A stretch of DNA of 57,523 nt. Source: an uncultured Gammaproteobacteria bacterium. GTDB taxonomy: Bacteria; Patescibacteriota; Patescibacteriia; 2-12-FULL-60-25. A program made the position numbers and the translations under genes. The stretch covers positions 7,666 to 65,188 of the forward strand of contig CAZQNT010000003.1 of NCBI GenBank assembly GCA_964595075.1, written 5' to 3'. Below are positions 8,377-16,575 of the stretch, piece after piece. The notes beneath the pieces are model-generated. The model made no database searches. It was not told the DNA's origin and worked only from the letters and a program-made list of their open reading frames with translations. How positions within the stretch are numbered: the stretch's first letter is position 1; the number at the start of each line of letters is the position of its first letter.

Positions 8377-8420
8377 TGTGGATAACGTACCAGGTACGTA
8401 CCTGGTACCTAGAATGCTCG
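8377..8420 (+). repeat. REP-like element copy 2
   Basis: Identical to 7304-7347; its last 12 nt encode the C-terminus and stop of the RAYT gene on the other strand. Confidence 0.9.
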
Positions 8421-8960
8421 CGTTTTATCGAGAGTTTGTTGGTATTTTTGTCTGATAATGTCGGTAATTGCTTCAGGTGATATAAAGAGTGGATCGGGGT
8501 CGATCAACGAATTGATCGCTCCTTGCGCGTAGTATCTATTACTTGACCACTCCCAATCTTCCGGACGATTAACCAGTCCGGCGCGAACAGGGTTCATTTC
8601 TATATAATTTCCACACGATAGGAGTTGCGCGTCGTTTTCGATTACGATGCTCTTGAAGCGTCCTTGCCATACGTGGCCGACGAAATTGTATTTTTTGCAA
8701 TAATATCTGGCGTAATTCATCTGTATTGCATGCATTATTTTGGAAAGTTTGTCTCCGGTTGGGTTAAGCAATAGGTGAACGTGATTAGGCATTAAAGCAT
8801 AATGGTAAAGGCAAAATCCAAACAAACGCTTTGCTTGCAATAAAATATCGAGATACGTTTTGTAGTCATTCTCGCCATGAAAAATTAAAGATTTGTTATT
8901 CCCTCTGCTAATAACGTGATATGTCCCTTCCGGGTCTATCAATCGAGGAGGTCGTGGCAT
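8409..8960 (-). CDS. REP-associated tyrosine transposase (RAYT; IS200/IS605-like Y1 HUH enzyme)
   Basis: 183 aa; HUH motif PNHVHLLL, catalytic Tyr motif YIEMNPVRAGLV; flanked on both sides by the palindromes; no tnpB partner. Confidence 0.85.
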   Translation of the reverse strand: MPRPPRLIDPEGTYHVISRGNNKSLIFHGENDYKTYLDILLQAKRLFGFCLYHYALMPNHVHLLLNPTGDKLSKIMHAIQMNYARYYCKKYNFVGHVWQGRFKSIVIENDAQLLSCGNYIEMNPVRAGLVNRPEDWEWSSNRYYAQGAINSLIDPDPLFISPEAITDIIRQKYQQTLDKTRAF

Positions 8961-8973
8961 AATTTTTCCCTTC

Positions 8974-9023
8974 GGTACCAGGTACGTACCTGGTACTTCG
9001 GTACCAGGTACGTACCTGGTACC
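8974..9023. repeat. REP-like palindrome doublet (copies 3 and 4)
   Basis: GGTACCAGGTACGTACCTGGTAC ttc GGTACCAGGTACGTACCTGGTACC, 13 nt upstream of the RAYT start. Confidence 0.9.
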
Positions 9024-9078
9024 TGTAAGGGTACATATATAGGGCTCCCATTATTTTGAGGGGTTGTCAAGGAGTGGA

Positions 9079-9111
9079 TGTGGATAACGTACCAGGTACG
9101 TACCTGGTACC
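9079..9111 (+). repeat. REP-like element copy 5
   Basis: TGTGGATAAC + palindrome; preceded by a partial GTGGATG duplication. Confidence 0.9.
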
Positions 9112-9128
9112 GTGGTAGGATTGAGGGC

Positions 9129-10874
9129 ATGAAAAAGAGGTGGAGGGTTTTATTGCCTGAGACGAAACTTGATACGTCTGAGTTTCTGGCGTTGCATGGG
9201 GTGGCTGGGGTGCTTTTTGCTAATCGTGGGATAACGGGGGTGGAGGAGGCGAGGGCGTTTTTGAGACCGGATTGGGATAAGTGGATACACGATCCTTTTT
9301 TGTTTTCCGGAATGCGTGATGCCGTCGCACGGACTCTCACCGCTCTCGAATCCGGCGAACGCATCACCGTCCACGGCGACTACGATGCCGACGGCGTCAC
9401 CGGCTCCACGGTCGTAATCACGACGTTGAGGGAGATAGAGAAGCTTGTAGGGACGCGGTTGCCGCGCCCAGGGCGGGAGAACCCCGCCCCTACACAGATT
9501 GACTACTACATCCCACATCGCGACAAAGAGGGATATGGTTTAAGTCTCGAAACGGTTCAGCTTCTTAAAGATCGCGGAACGTCTCTTATCATCACCGTGG
9601 ATTGTGGCATCGCGAATGTCGCAGAGATCGCAGCTGCGCGCGCGGCTGGTATGGATGTGATTGTGCTTGACCACCATCGGTTCGGCGACGAATTGCCGAA
9701 CGCGATAAATATCCACCCCGGACTTCCGGGCGAAACTTATCCTTTTAAACACCTCGCTGCCGTCGGAGTGGCGTGGAAGTTTTGTTCGGCGTTGTTGACC
9801 GAGGCGCGGTCGCGCGGCCTAGCAATTCCAGACGGGTGGGAGAAGTGGCTGCTCGATCTCGTATCCATCGCCACGGTAACGGACATGGTTCCGCTCGTAG
9901 GAGAGAACCGCGTACTGCTGACATACGGTCTCAAAGTTTTGAACAAGACGCGGCGTACTGGATTGCGGAAGCTTATTGAAATATCAGGACGTAAGCTCGG
10001 AGAAATTAACGCGCGCGACATAGGATTCTCTCTAGGTCCCAGGATCAACGCCGCAGGACGAATGGACCACGCTGAGCTCGCACTTCGTCTTATGTTGTCG
10101 GAATCGGAAGAAGAAACAGCGGAATTGTCTGAAAAGCTGGAAGAACATAATCGCGAAAGGCAACGCGTAGTCGAAGATATGTTCATGGTCGCAGAATCGC
10201 GTCAGACGGGCGGCGCGATCTCCGTGTTGTGGGATTCGTCGTGGTCGCCGTCGCTTGTCGGACTTGTGGCCGGAAGATTTCTCGAGCGCACCGGTAAGCC
10301 GTGCGTCGCCATCGGGAAATACGGCGACGCGTGGATCGGCTCCGGGCGTTCGATCGCGTCTTATGATATTACGGAGGCGCTCCGTCGCGCAGGAGAAGGA
10401 TTGCTTACGCGAGTCGGAGGACATGTTCAAGCTTGCGGGTTTTCTTTCGCTGACGATTCATTCGCGTCTCTTTTGGCAGAAAGACTCCAAACGGATGCGG
10501 ACGAGCGGCTGTCATCCGAAAATCTTATGCCGGAACTTTTGATAGATGCGGAGCTTTCTTTATCCGAAATATCTTTTCAATTGGTAGATATGGTGAATAG
10601 TTTTCAACCGTTCGGAATAGGAAACGCGGAGCCAATGTTTTTAACGCGAGGTCTTTACGTTTTTGACGTATCGACTGTCGGCAACTGCGGGAAGCATCTC
10701 CGTCTGACTCTAAAAAGTCCGGAAGGATTTTTTCAGAAATTTATCGGTTTCGGTCTCGGCGATCGTCGCGCAGAGATTGAGAAAGGAGTTTTGCTCGATG
10801 TGGTGTATAATATCGGTGCGAACGAATGGAACGGACGCAAAGAAATCCAGTGCAAGCTGGTTGATTTTCAATGA
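9129..10874 (+). CDS. recJ: Single-stranded-DNA exonuclease RecJ
   Basis: DHH motifs (VHGDYDADGV, ITVDCG, VLDHH) and DHHA1 (GGHVQACG). Start at ATG 9129; upstream ORF part translates the REP. Confidence 0.9.
   Translation: MKKRWRVLLPETKLDTSEFLALHGVAGVLFANRGITGVEEARAFLRPDWDKWIHDPFLFSGMRDAVARTLTALESGERITVHGDYDADGVTGSTVVITTLREIEKLVGTRLPRPGRENPAPTQIDYYIPHRDKEGYGLSLETVQLLKDRGTSLIITVDCGIANVAEIAAARAAGMDVIVLDHHRFGDELPNAINIHPGLPGETYPFKHLAAVGVAWKFCSALLTEARSRGLAIPDGWEKWLLDLVSIATVTDMVPLVGENRVLLTYGLKVLNKTRRTGLRKLIEISGRKLGEINARDIGFSLGPRINAAGRMDHAELALRLMLSESEEETAELSEKLEEHNRERQRVVEDMFMVAESRQTGGAISVLWDSSWSPSLVGLVAGRFLERTGKPCVAIGKYGDAWIGSGRSIASYDITEALRRAGEGLLTRVGGHVQACGFSFADDSFASLLAERLQTDADERLSSENLMPELLIDAELSLSEISFQLVDMVNSFQPFGIGNAEPMFLTRGLYVFDVSTVGNCGKHLRLTLKSPEGFFQKFIGFGLGDRRAEIEKGVLLDVVYNIGANEWNGRKEIQCKLVDFQ
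9447..9493. repeat. GTAG/GC-hairpin element (family B) inside recJ
   Basis: GTAGGGACGCGGttgCCGCGCCCAGGGCGGGagaaCCCCGCCCCTAC; right part identical to the reverse complement of 57025-57056. Confidence 0.85.
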
Positions 10875-12646
10875 AGAAAAATCAAAAACTATACGTGCGT
10901 GAGACCTTGGCGATCTACGGTCGCCATATTTTGAAATATCGTAAGTCCGCGGTCGCGCTCATCTTGGTGATTTTGGGTGCGGCCGGTGCCAGCATGATTC
11001 CTCCGCTCGTGGTGCAGCGCATGATAGACGAGTTTTCGAAAATAGACGGCGTTAATCCCGGTTTTTGGTTTGCATTTAAGCGCATCTTGGAGTTACTTGG
11101 TTTTTGGGTAATCGCGTGGACTTTGTGGCGCGTTTCAGGATTTTTGGCGACAGGGATACAGCCGCGCATCAGAACGGATTTGGAACGTACGGCATTAGAC
11201 GCGCTGCAACGGCAGTCGCATAGATTTTTTACGGACGAGTTCACCGGCGCCCTGGTGCGACGGGTTCGCGGTTTCGCAACAGCATACATAGATATTGCAG
11301 AAAGTATCTTGTGGAGGTTTGCGCCTCTTACAGTTGAATTGTTGTTCATTTTTGTTGTTTTTATCAGGTTGCATATTTTGTTTTTGCCGGTGCTGATTGT
11401 TTGGTTTGCGCTCATGGTTGCAAAAAGTATCTTTTTTGCATATCGGAGATCCGTTTTGGATTTAGAGCGCGCCGCTAAAGATTCCAAAGTTACAGGAGTT
11501 CTGTCTGATGTAATTACGAATAACTTGAACGTAAGGCTTTTTACTGCGGCACAGCACGAAAGAGAGAATTTTATTAAAGTTACTGAAGAACGGCAAGCGG
11601 TCGCGTTACAGACGTGGCGTTTCGGTGAACGCGTGCTCGTTCTTCAGAATATTATTTCCGCAGCTTTCATGTTGACCATGCTTGGGATTCTGGCGTGGCT
11701 TTGGTCGCGGAATGTCGTTGGGCTAGGGATTTTTGCGGCAGCGGTTTTATATTTTAACCGTTTGAATCGCAGCATGGATGACGTGGGGAATGCCATGAGA
11801 CGTATTTACGAGGCGCTTGCCGAGGCTGCGGAAATGACGGAGATTATTCTCCAACGTCCGGAGGTGCAGAACAAGCGCGGAGCAAAAGATCTTCGGACAC
11901 CCAAAGCCAAGGTCGAGTTTCAAAACGTTTCATTTATTTACAGCGATGGTCGAGAGGTGTTGGATTCATTCCGTCTCGTCGTAAACCCGAAGGAGAAAGT
12001 GGCTCTCGTCGGTCCTTCAGGCGCTGGGAAGTCAACGGTCACGAAACTTCTTTTGAGGTTTTACGACGTGACTTCCGGAATTATCAGTATCGATGGCCAG
12101 CGCGTTAGTGAAGTGACGCAGGACAGTCTCCACCGTGCAGTCTCTCTTGTACCGCAAGAACCATTGTTGTTTCACCGGTCGCTTAAGGATAACATCATGT
12201 ACGGCTGCCAGGACGCAACAGAGGAGGAAATTTTTTCTGCCGCTAAAAAAGCGCGATGCCATGAATTTATTTGCGGCCTTCCGAACGGATACGATACTTT
12301 CGTCGGGGAGCGAGGAGTAAAACTTTCAGGCGGAGAACGCCAACGCGTGGCAATAGCGCGCGCGATTTTGAAAAACGCACCGATACTCGTGCTTGACGAG
12401 GCGACTTCGTCTCTCGACTCCGAATCCGAGTCGTTGATACAGGACGCTCTGCGCGATCTCATGAAAAATAAAACCGTAATCGTAATTGCGCACCGGCTCT
12501 CCACTATTATCCAGATGGATCGAATTATCGTGATGGAGAAAGGGAGGGTTGTTGATATGGGGACGCACGAGGAGCTCTTGAAGAAGGTCGGAATATACCA
12601 AAAGCTTTGGAATATCCAGGCGGGCGGATTTAAAACTATATGTTGA
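10871..12646 (+). CDS. ABC exporter, fused permease/ATPase (MsbA-like)
   Basis: N-terminal TM domain; Walker A GPSGAGKST, signature LSGGERQR, Walker B ILVLDEATS; ATGA overlap with the recJ stop. Confidence 0.9.
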   Translation: MKKNQKLYVRETLAIYGRHILKYRKSAVALILVILGAAGASMIPPLVVQRMIDEFSKIDGVNPGFWFAFKRILELLGFWVIAWTLWRVSGFLATGIQPRIRTDLERTALDALQRQSHRFFTDEFTGALVRRVRGFATAYIDIAESILWRFAPLTVELLFIFVVFIRLHILFLPVLIVWFALMVAKSIFFAYRRSVLDLERAAKDSKVTGVLSDVITNNLNVRLFTAAQHERENFIKVTEERQAVALQTWRFGERVLVLQNIISAAFMLTMLGILAWLWSRNVVGLGIFAAAVLYFNRLNRSMDDVGNAMRRIYEALAEAAEMTEIILQRPEVQNKRGAKDLRTPKAKVEFQNVSFIYSDGREVLDSFRLVVNPKEKVALVGPSGAGKSTVTKLLLRFYDVTSGIISIDGQRVSEVTQDSLHRAVSLVPQEPLLFHRSLKDNIMYGCQDATEEEIFSAAKKARCHEFICGLPNGYDTFVGERGVKLSGGERQRVAIARAILKNAPILVLDEATSSLDSESESLIQDALRDLMKNKTVIVIAHRLSTIIQMDRIIVMEKGRVVDMGTHEELLKKVGIYQKLWNIQAGGFKTIC

Positions 12647-12678
12647 AACTTTATATTTATCGTTGACATGGTTATTTT

Positions 12679-13662
12679 ATGAAGCGCGAAAGTTCAATAT
12701 CTGTTGCGAGTGTGCGAGACGTTCTACGTCGATATGGACTAGGAACAGGGGTAAAGATTGTTCAGGCCAGCACTACCGGAAACATCGGTTTCATTATCAC
12801 AGCCGAGAAAAAGAAATTTTTTTTGAGACTTTGCCCGACCGGTAGAAGAGAACGCAGCGCGGATGAGATTTATTCCGAGATAAGTCTGCTTAAACGTTTA
12901 GCGCGTAATAATTTTCCAATCGTTCTCCCTTTGCGTGCTGATGACGGAAGCGAGGTGGTTTCAATAGGCGAACATCACGGGTATTTACGGCAATTCATTG
13001 AAGCCAAGTATAGGAATAATCCGTCTCTTTCTGATATTCATGAGTTAGGACGTACGCTTGGCAGGTATCATCGACTGATTGAGTCATATCGGCCGTCCCG
13101 ACCTCGAAAACATAGATTTGATTACCACACCACATTGCGACATTGGCATGACGTTAAGAATGAAGTTTTGGAGAGCGAGATTTTTTCGGCCGCAAAATTC
13201 GTAGAAGGTTTTGAAAAAGAGATGAGTCGACTCCGTTTTCCTAACGGTTTACCACGGGGATTTATTCATGAAGATTTGGGCAAGAGGCATGTTTTATGGA
13301 ACGGAAGTGAAATTATAGCAATAATTGATTTTGATCGCGCGTATTTCGGTCCGCTCATTTTGGATCTCGGACAAGCGATCCGTGGGTGGTGCTTCGTGGA
13401 TGATTGGCGTAGATTCAGTATTAAGAATGTGAAAACGCTTCTCTCCGGTTATTGTTCGCAACGGAGCTTGGTTAGTGCAGAAAAAGACTGTCTGATTGAT
13501 TCGATAAAATTTGCTATTTTGGAACGGGCACAATCTTTTTTTCTTCGCGCGGTATTTGGGGATGCGGAAGAGGGAGATATAAGATTCGCTATGGATTGCG
13601 TATTTAGACAGGTGCCATTGGTAGAGAAAAATAGAAAAACCGTTCAATCATTGTTGGACTGA
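12679..13662 (+). CDS. Phosphotransferase of the APH/choline-kinase/homoserine-kinase-II fold
   Basis: Catalytic loop FIHEDLGKRHVLW and IIDFDRAYFG. Confidence 0.7.
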   Translation: MKRESSISVASVRDVLRRYGLGTGVKIVQASTTGNIGFIITAEKKKFFLRLCPTGRRERSADEIYSEISLLKRLARNNFPIVLPLRADDGSEVVSIGEHHGYLRQFIEAKYRNNPSLSDIHELGRTLGRYHRLIESYRPSRPRKHRFDYHTTLRHWHDVKNEVLESEIFSAAKFVEGFEKEMSRLRFPNGLPRGFIHEDLGKRHVLWNGSEIIAIIDFDRAYFGPLILDLGQAIRGWCFVDDWRRFSIKNVKTLLSGYCSQRSLVSAEKDCLIDSIKFAILERAQSFFLRAVFGDAEEGDIRFAMDCVFRQVPLVEKNRKTVQSLLD

Positions 13663-14219
13663 ACGGCGAAGAGATCGGTCGCGTCGGGGAACGTAAGCTC
13701 CCCTCGTTTGAAACGCGGACGCACTATGATTAGACGACCGCGATATTGTTGAAGCGCGAGTTTATCCTCGCTGAAGTGGCTATGCCGCTTGACGAGCACT
13801 TTGGCCACAGTTGTCGCGATCGGAAGAAGGTTTCGCCAATCGCGTGGAGTTCCGCTGCCTCGCCAACCTCCACGGTCGCGATCGAAGTCGAATAGTCCTT
13901 TGTTGAACCATGCGACGGCTCTCGTGAGGAGGCAGCGAAGACCCGTGATCGTGTCCGGCATCGTGTATAGTACGACGTCGTACGAATCGATCGGTGAAAT
14001 TGCATTTGCGCAGAGCGCGTGCACGTCTTCCACGATCACGTTATCTTGTTTACAATCCGGTGTGTCGATACAATCGGTGTCGCGTCGATCACGCAGACGA
14101 TCGACACGGTCCGCATCGTAGTGGTCGGCTTGGAAGCCGGATGCGCGTAGATTTTCGATGATGGAACGGCGGAGGCCGCTTTTCCCGCTGATTGGCGGCC
14201 CAGTGACGAGAATTTTCAC
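13644..14219 (-). CDS. P-loop NTPase, function unknown
   Basis: Walker A at N-terminus ILVTGPPISGKSG; 3' end overlaps the convergent kinase gene by 19 nt. Confidence 0.55.
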   Translation of the reverse strand: MKILVTGPPISGKSGLRRSIIENLRASGFQADHYDADRVDRLRDRRDTDCIDTPDCKQDNVIVEDVHALCANAISPIDSYDVVLYTMPDTITGLRCLLTRAVAWFNKGLFDFDRDRGGWRGSGTPRDWRNLLPIATTVAKVLVKRHSHFSEDKLALQQYRGRLIIVRPRFKRGELTFPDATDLFAVQSNND

Positions 14220-14290
14220 CGGTCACCTCCTTCAAGGAGATATCTAGCACGAGCAATTTAATGCGTCAAAGTGGGAGTATTCAATTACAA

Positions 14291-14710
14291 ATGTTTATGC
14301 TGAAACTTATCATTCACACAGACGGAGGCGCTCGCGGAAATCCTGGACCCGCTGGAATCGGAGTCGTTATTCAAGACACGGAAACGAAAGAAGTCCTCGA
14401 AGAACACGCGAAGTTTTTGGGCAAGACCACGAATAATCAGGCGGAGTATCAAGCTGTTATTTTGGGGCTGCAACAAGCGAAGAAACTTGGCGCGTCGGAG
14501 GTCGAGATCGTGACGGACAGCGAATTGCTAGTGAAACAGGCGAATGGTGAGTATCGCGTGAAAAATCCGGATCTCGCCGTCAGATATTTGGAAATGAAAA
14601 ATCTTTGCACGCATTTCGATCGCGTTCGCTTTCGCCACGTTCGTCGTGAGATGAATAAGCGCGCAGATTTTTTGTCGAACGTGGCGATGGATGGGAAGGG
14701 TAATTTGTAG
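14291..14710 (+). CDS. rnhA: Ribonuclease HI
   Basis: TDGGARGNPGPAG, NNQAEY, VTDSELL, KRADFLSN catalytic DEDD pattern. Confidence 0.85.
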   Translation: MFMLKLIIHTDGGARGNPGPAGIGVVIQDTETKEVLEEHAKFLGKTTNNQAEYQAVILGLQQAKKLGASEVEIVTDSELLVKQANGEYRVKNPDLAVRYLEMKNLCTHFDRVRFRHVRREMNKRADFLSNVAMDGKGNL

Positions 14711-14732
14711 GGGCGGGCTTGTCCCGCCCTCC
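14707..14732 (+). repeat. GTAG/GC-hairpin element (family B variant)
   Basis: GTAGGGGCGGGcttgtCCCGCCCT; its TAG is the rnhA stop; reverse-complement copy at 34278-34300. Confidence 0.8.
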
Positions 14733-14804
14733 TCGTTTGGTAGCGGATAATTCAGGAGTTGTCCATGATTCGTTTTACGCGATTACGTGGTATACTTTTC
14801 TCTA

Positions 14805-16544
14805 ATGACAAGGAGGAAGCGTCCCCCTAGGTATGGCGTGCCCAGGCGTGAAAAAATCACGCCGCATTATTGTTTTTATTTGGCTTGGCATCACCTTGCG
14901 ATCGTTTTTTTATTTTGCGCGATCGGAGGTCTGGCGATAGGCGTTTTGTTATCTCCAATATTTCGTCCAACGCCGGTTTCCGCAACCACGAACGACAATG
15001 TTCGCGGATGGGCTTGGGCTGATCCCGTCGGTTGGATTTCTCTTAACGATCAAAATCAAGGTTCCGGCGGCGGGACTTATGGAGTCAATCTCGATCTTTC
15101 CACGGGCGAATTGACCGGATTCGGTTGGTCGGAAAACGCCGGATGGATTTGCTTTGGCAGTTCGTGCGGCGCGCCGGAGTGCAACGGATCCGTTCCGGCA
15201 TCAAACCCGCCTTACGACATTCCGTACGCCGCCGTTGTTCCGGCTCCATTTTCGGCCGGCCCGGTTATTCGTAACGCGCATGGATGGGCGAAGGTTTGCG
15301 GTCAGGGTGATTCGGGTTGGATTTCGTTGAACTGCAGCGACCCGCTTCCGTCCGCATGCGGCTCATATCCTTATCGAGTCCCGTTCAATATGTCCACGCA
15401 ACAATTTACGGATCCCACGGCGCCGGGTTCACCGGACAACGGAACGTCGTTTGCGTGGAACGGAAACGGCGACGGATCAGGTATAGGTTTCGTTGATTTT
15501 CATCTCGCCTACGTACAAACTTCGGAAGAGACGACGCCTGAATTATGCGCGAACGGATTCGATGACGACTTTAATGGATTGGAAGATTGCGAAGACACTC
15601 AGTGCGATCCCGTTTGTTTTCCTCCGCCGCCTCCGGACTTGACTGAAGATCAGTGTCCGCTTGGCACTGCCGATTTATGTTGCAGCGATAATGAAGACAA
15701 CGAAGGCGATGGAAAAATTGATTGCGACGATTCGGATTGTCAGGGAACCGCAAGCATGTGCACCGTCTCGTGGCTAAAAACGAAATTCGGGAACGTTTAC
15801 GCGCAAAAGGGGATCGAATCGATCGCTCCGCCCGGTACTCAATTTAACGCATCATATTGCCTCTCGTATTCCGAAGGAACGATATCAGGTTTTGCAAGCA
15901 AGGTCGGTTGCGTTGAAGCCGGACAGCAGCTCGCTCTTCCGAACGAGAGCAACGGATACGTAGGAACGTTCGGCTCGATCGACGTACAAGGTATAGCCAA
16001 CGGCCGTTATGGAGCCGTTGTGCAAATCGCGGATGGCTCGGCTATTCCGCAGCAGCTCGACGGAAAGATTTATTTGTATACCGGAGGCGGTACTTTGCAA
16101 CTTCCCGCGAAATCTTTCCAAAATGGAAATGGAGCCAACGGTCGTGGAAACGGCTTGCTGTTCGTAAAAGGCGCGGATTTGGAAATTACCGGCGATCTTT
16201 CATACGCCTCTCCGTCCGTCGAGATGTATTTGAAAAATATCGCGTCTTTCGGCGTGATAGTAACAAGCGAGAACGGAAGTGGGGGAAACATCGCGATCGC
16301 CCCGACGGTTCAAAAAGTCGTAGGTACTTTTTTTGCGGAAAAGTCATTCAACACCGGATCCTCGGCCGTACCGCTCGACGCTTATGGGATGTTCGCTTCT
16401 CGTCAGTTTTTGTTCGAGCGAACCGGAGGCACCAGCTCGACTGCGGCGGAAACAATAAGTTTTGACGGTCGGGCTATCGCCAATCCTCCTCCGGGCATGC
16501 AAAACGTTGGCAAATCGTTACCATCGGCAAAAACCGGTTTTTGA
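14805..16544 (+). CDS. Membrane-anchored secreted protein with GW..GWISLN repeats and acidic Cys-rich motifs
   Basis: N-terminal TM helix; GWAWADPVGWISLN, GFGWSENAGWICFG, GWAKV..GWISLNC; CANGFDDDFNGLEDCEDTQC and CCSDNEDNEGDGKIDCDDSDC. Confidence 0.6.
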   Translation: MTRRKRPPRYGVPRREKITPHYCFYLAWHHLAIVFLFCAIGGLAIGVLLSPIFRPTPVSATTNDNVRGWAWADPVGWISLNDQNQGSGGGTYGVNLDLSTGELTGFGWSENAGWICFGSSCGAPECNGSVPASNPPYDIPYAAVVPAPFSAGPVIRNAHGWAKVCGQGDSGWISLNCSDPLPSACGSYPYRVPFNMSTQQFTDPTAPGSPDNGTSFAWNGNGDGSGIGFVDFHLAYVQTSEETTPELCANGFDDDFNGLEDCEDTQCDPVCFPPPPPDLTEDQCPLGTADLCCSDNEDNEGDGKIDCDDSDCQGTASMCTVSWLKTKFGNVYAQKGIESIAPPGTQFNASYCLSYSEGTISGFASKVGCVEAGQQLALPNESNGYVGTFGSIDVQGIANGRYGAVVQIADGSAIPQQLDGKIYLYTGGGTLQLPAKSFQNGNGANGRGNGLLFVKGADLEITGDLSYASPSVEMYLKNIASFGVIVTSENGSGGNIAIAPTVQKVVGTFFAEKSFNTGSSAVPLDAYGMFASRQFLFERTGGTSSTAAETISFDGRAIANPPPGMQNVGKSLPSAKTGF

Positions 16545-16575
16545 TTTACTATACAGATTAAGACCATCAAAAAAT

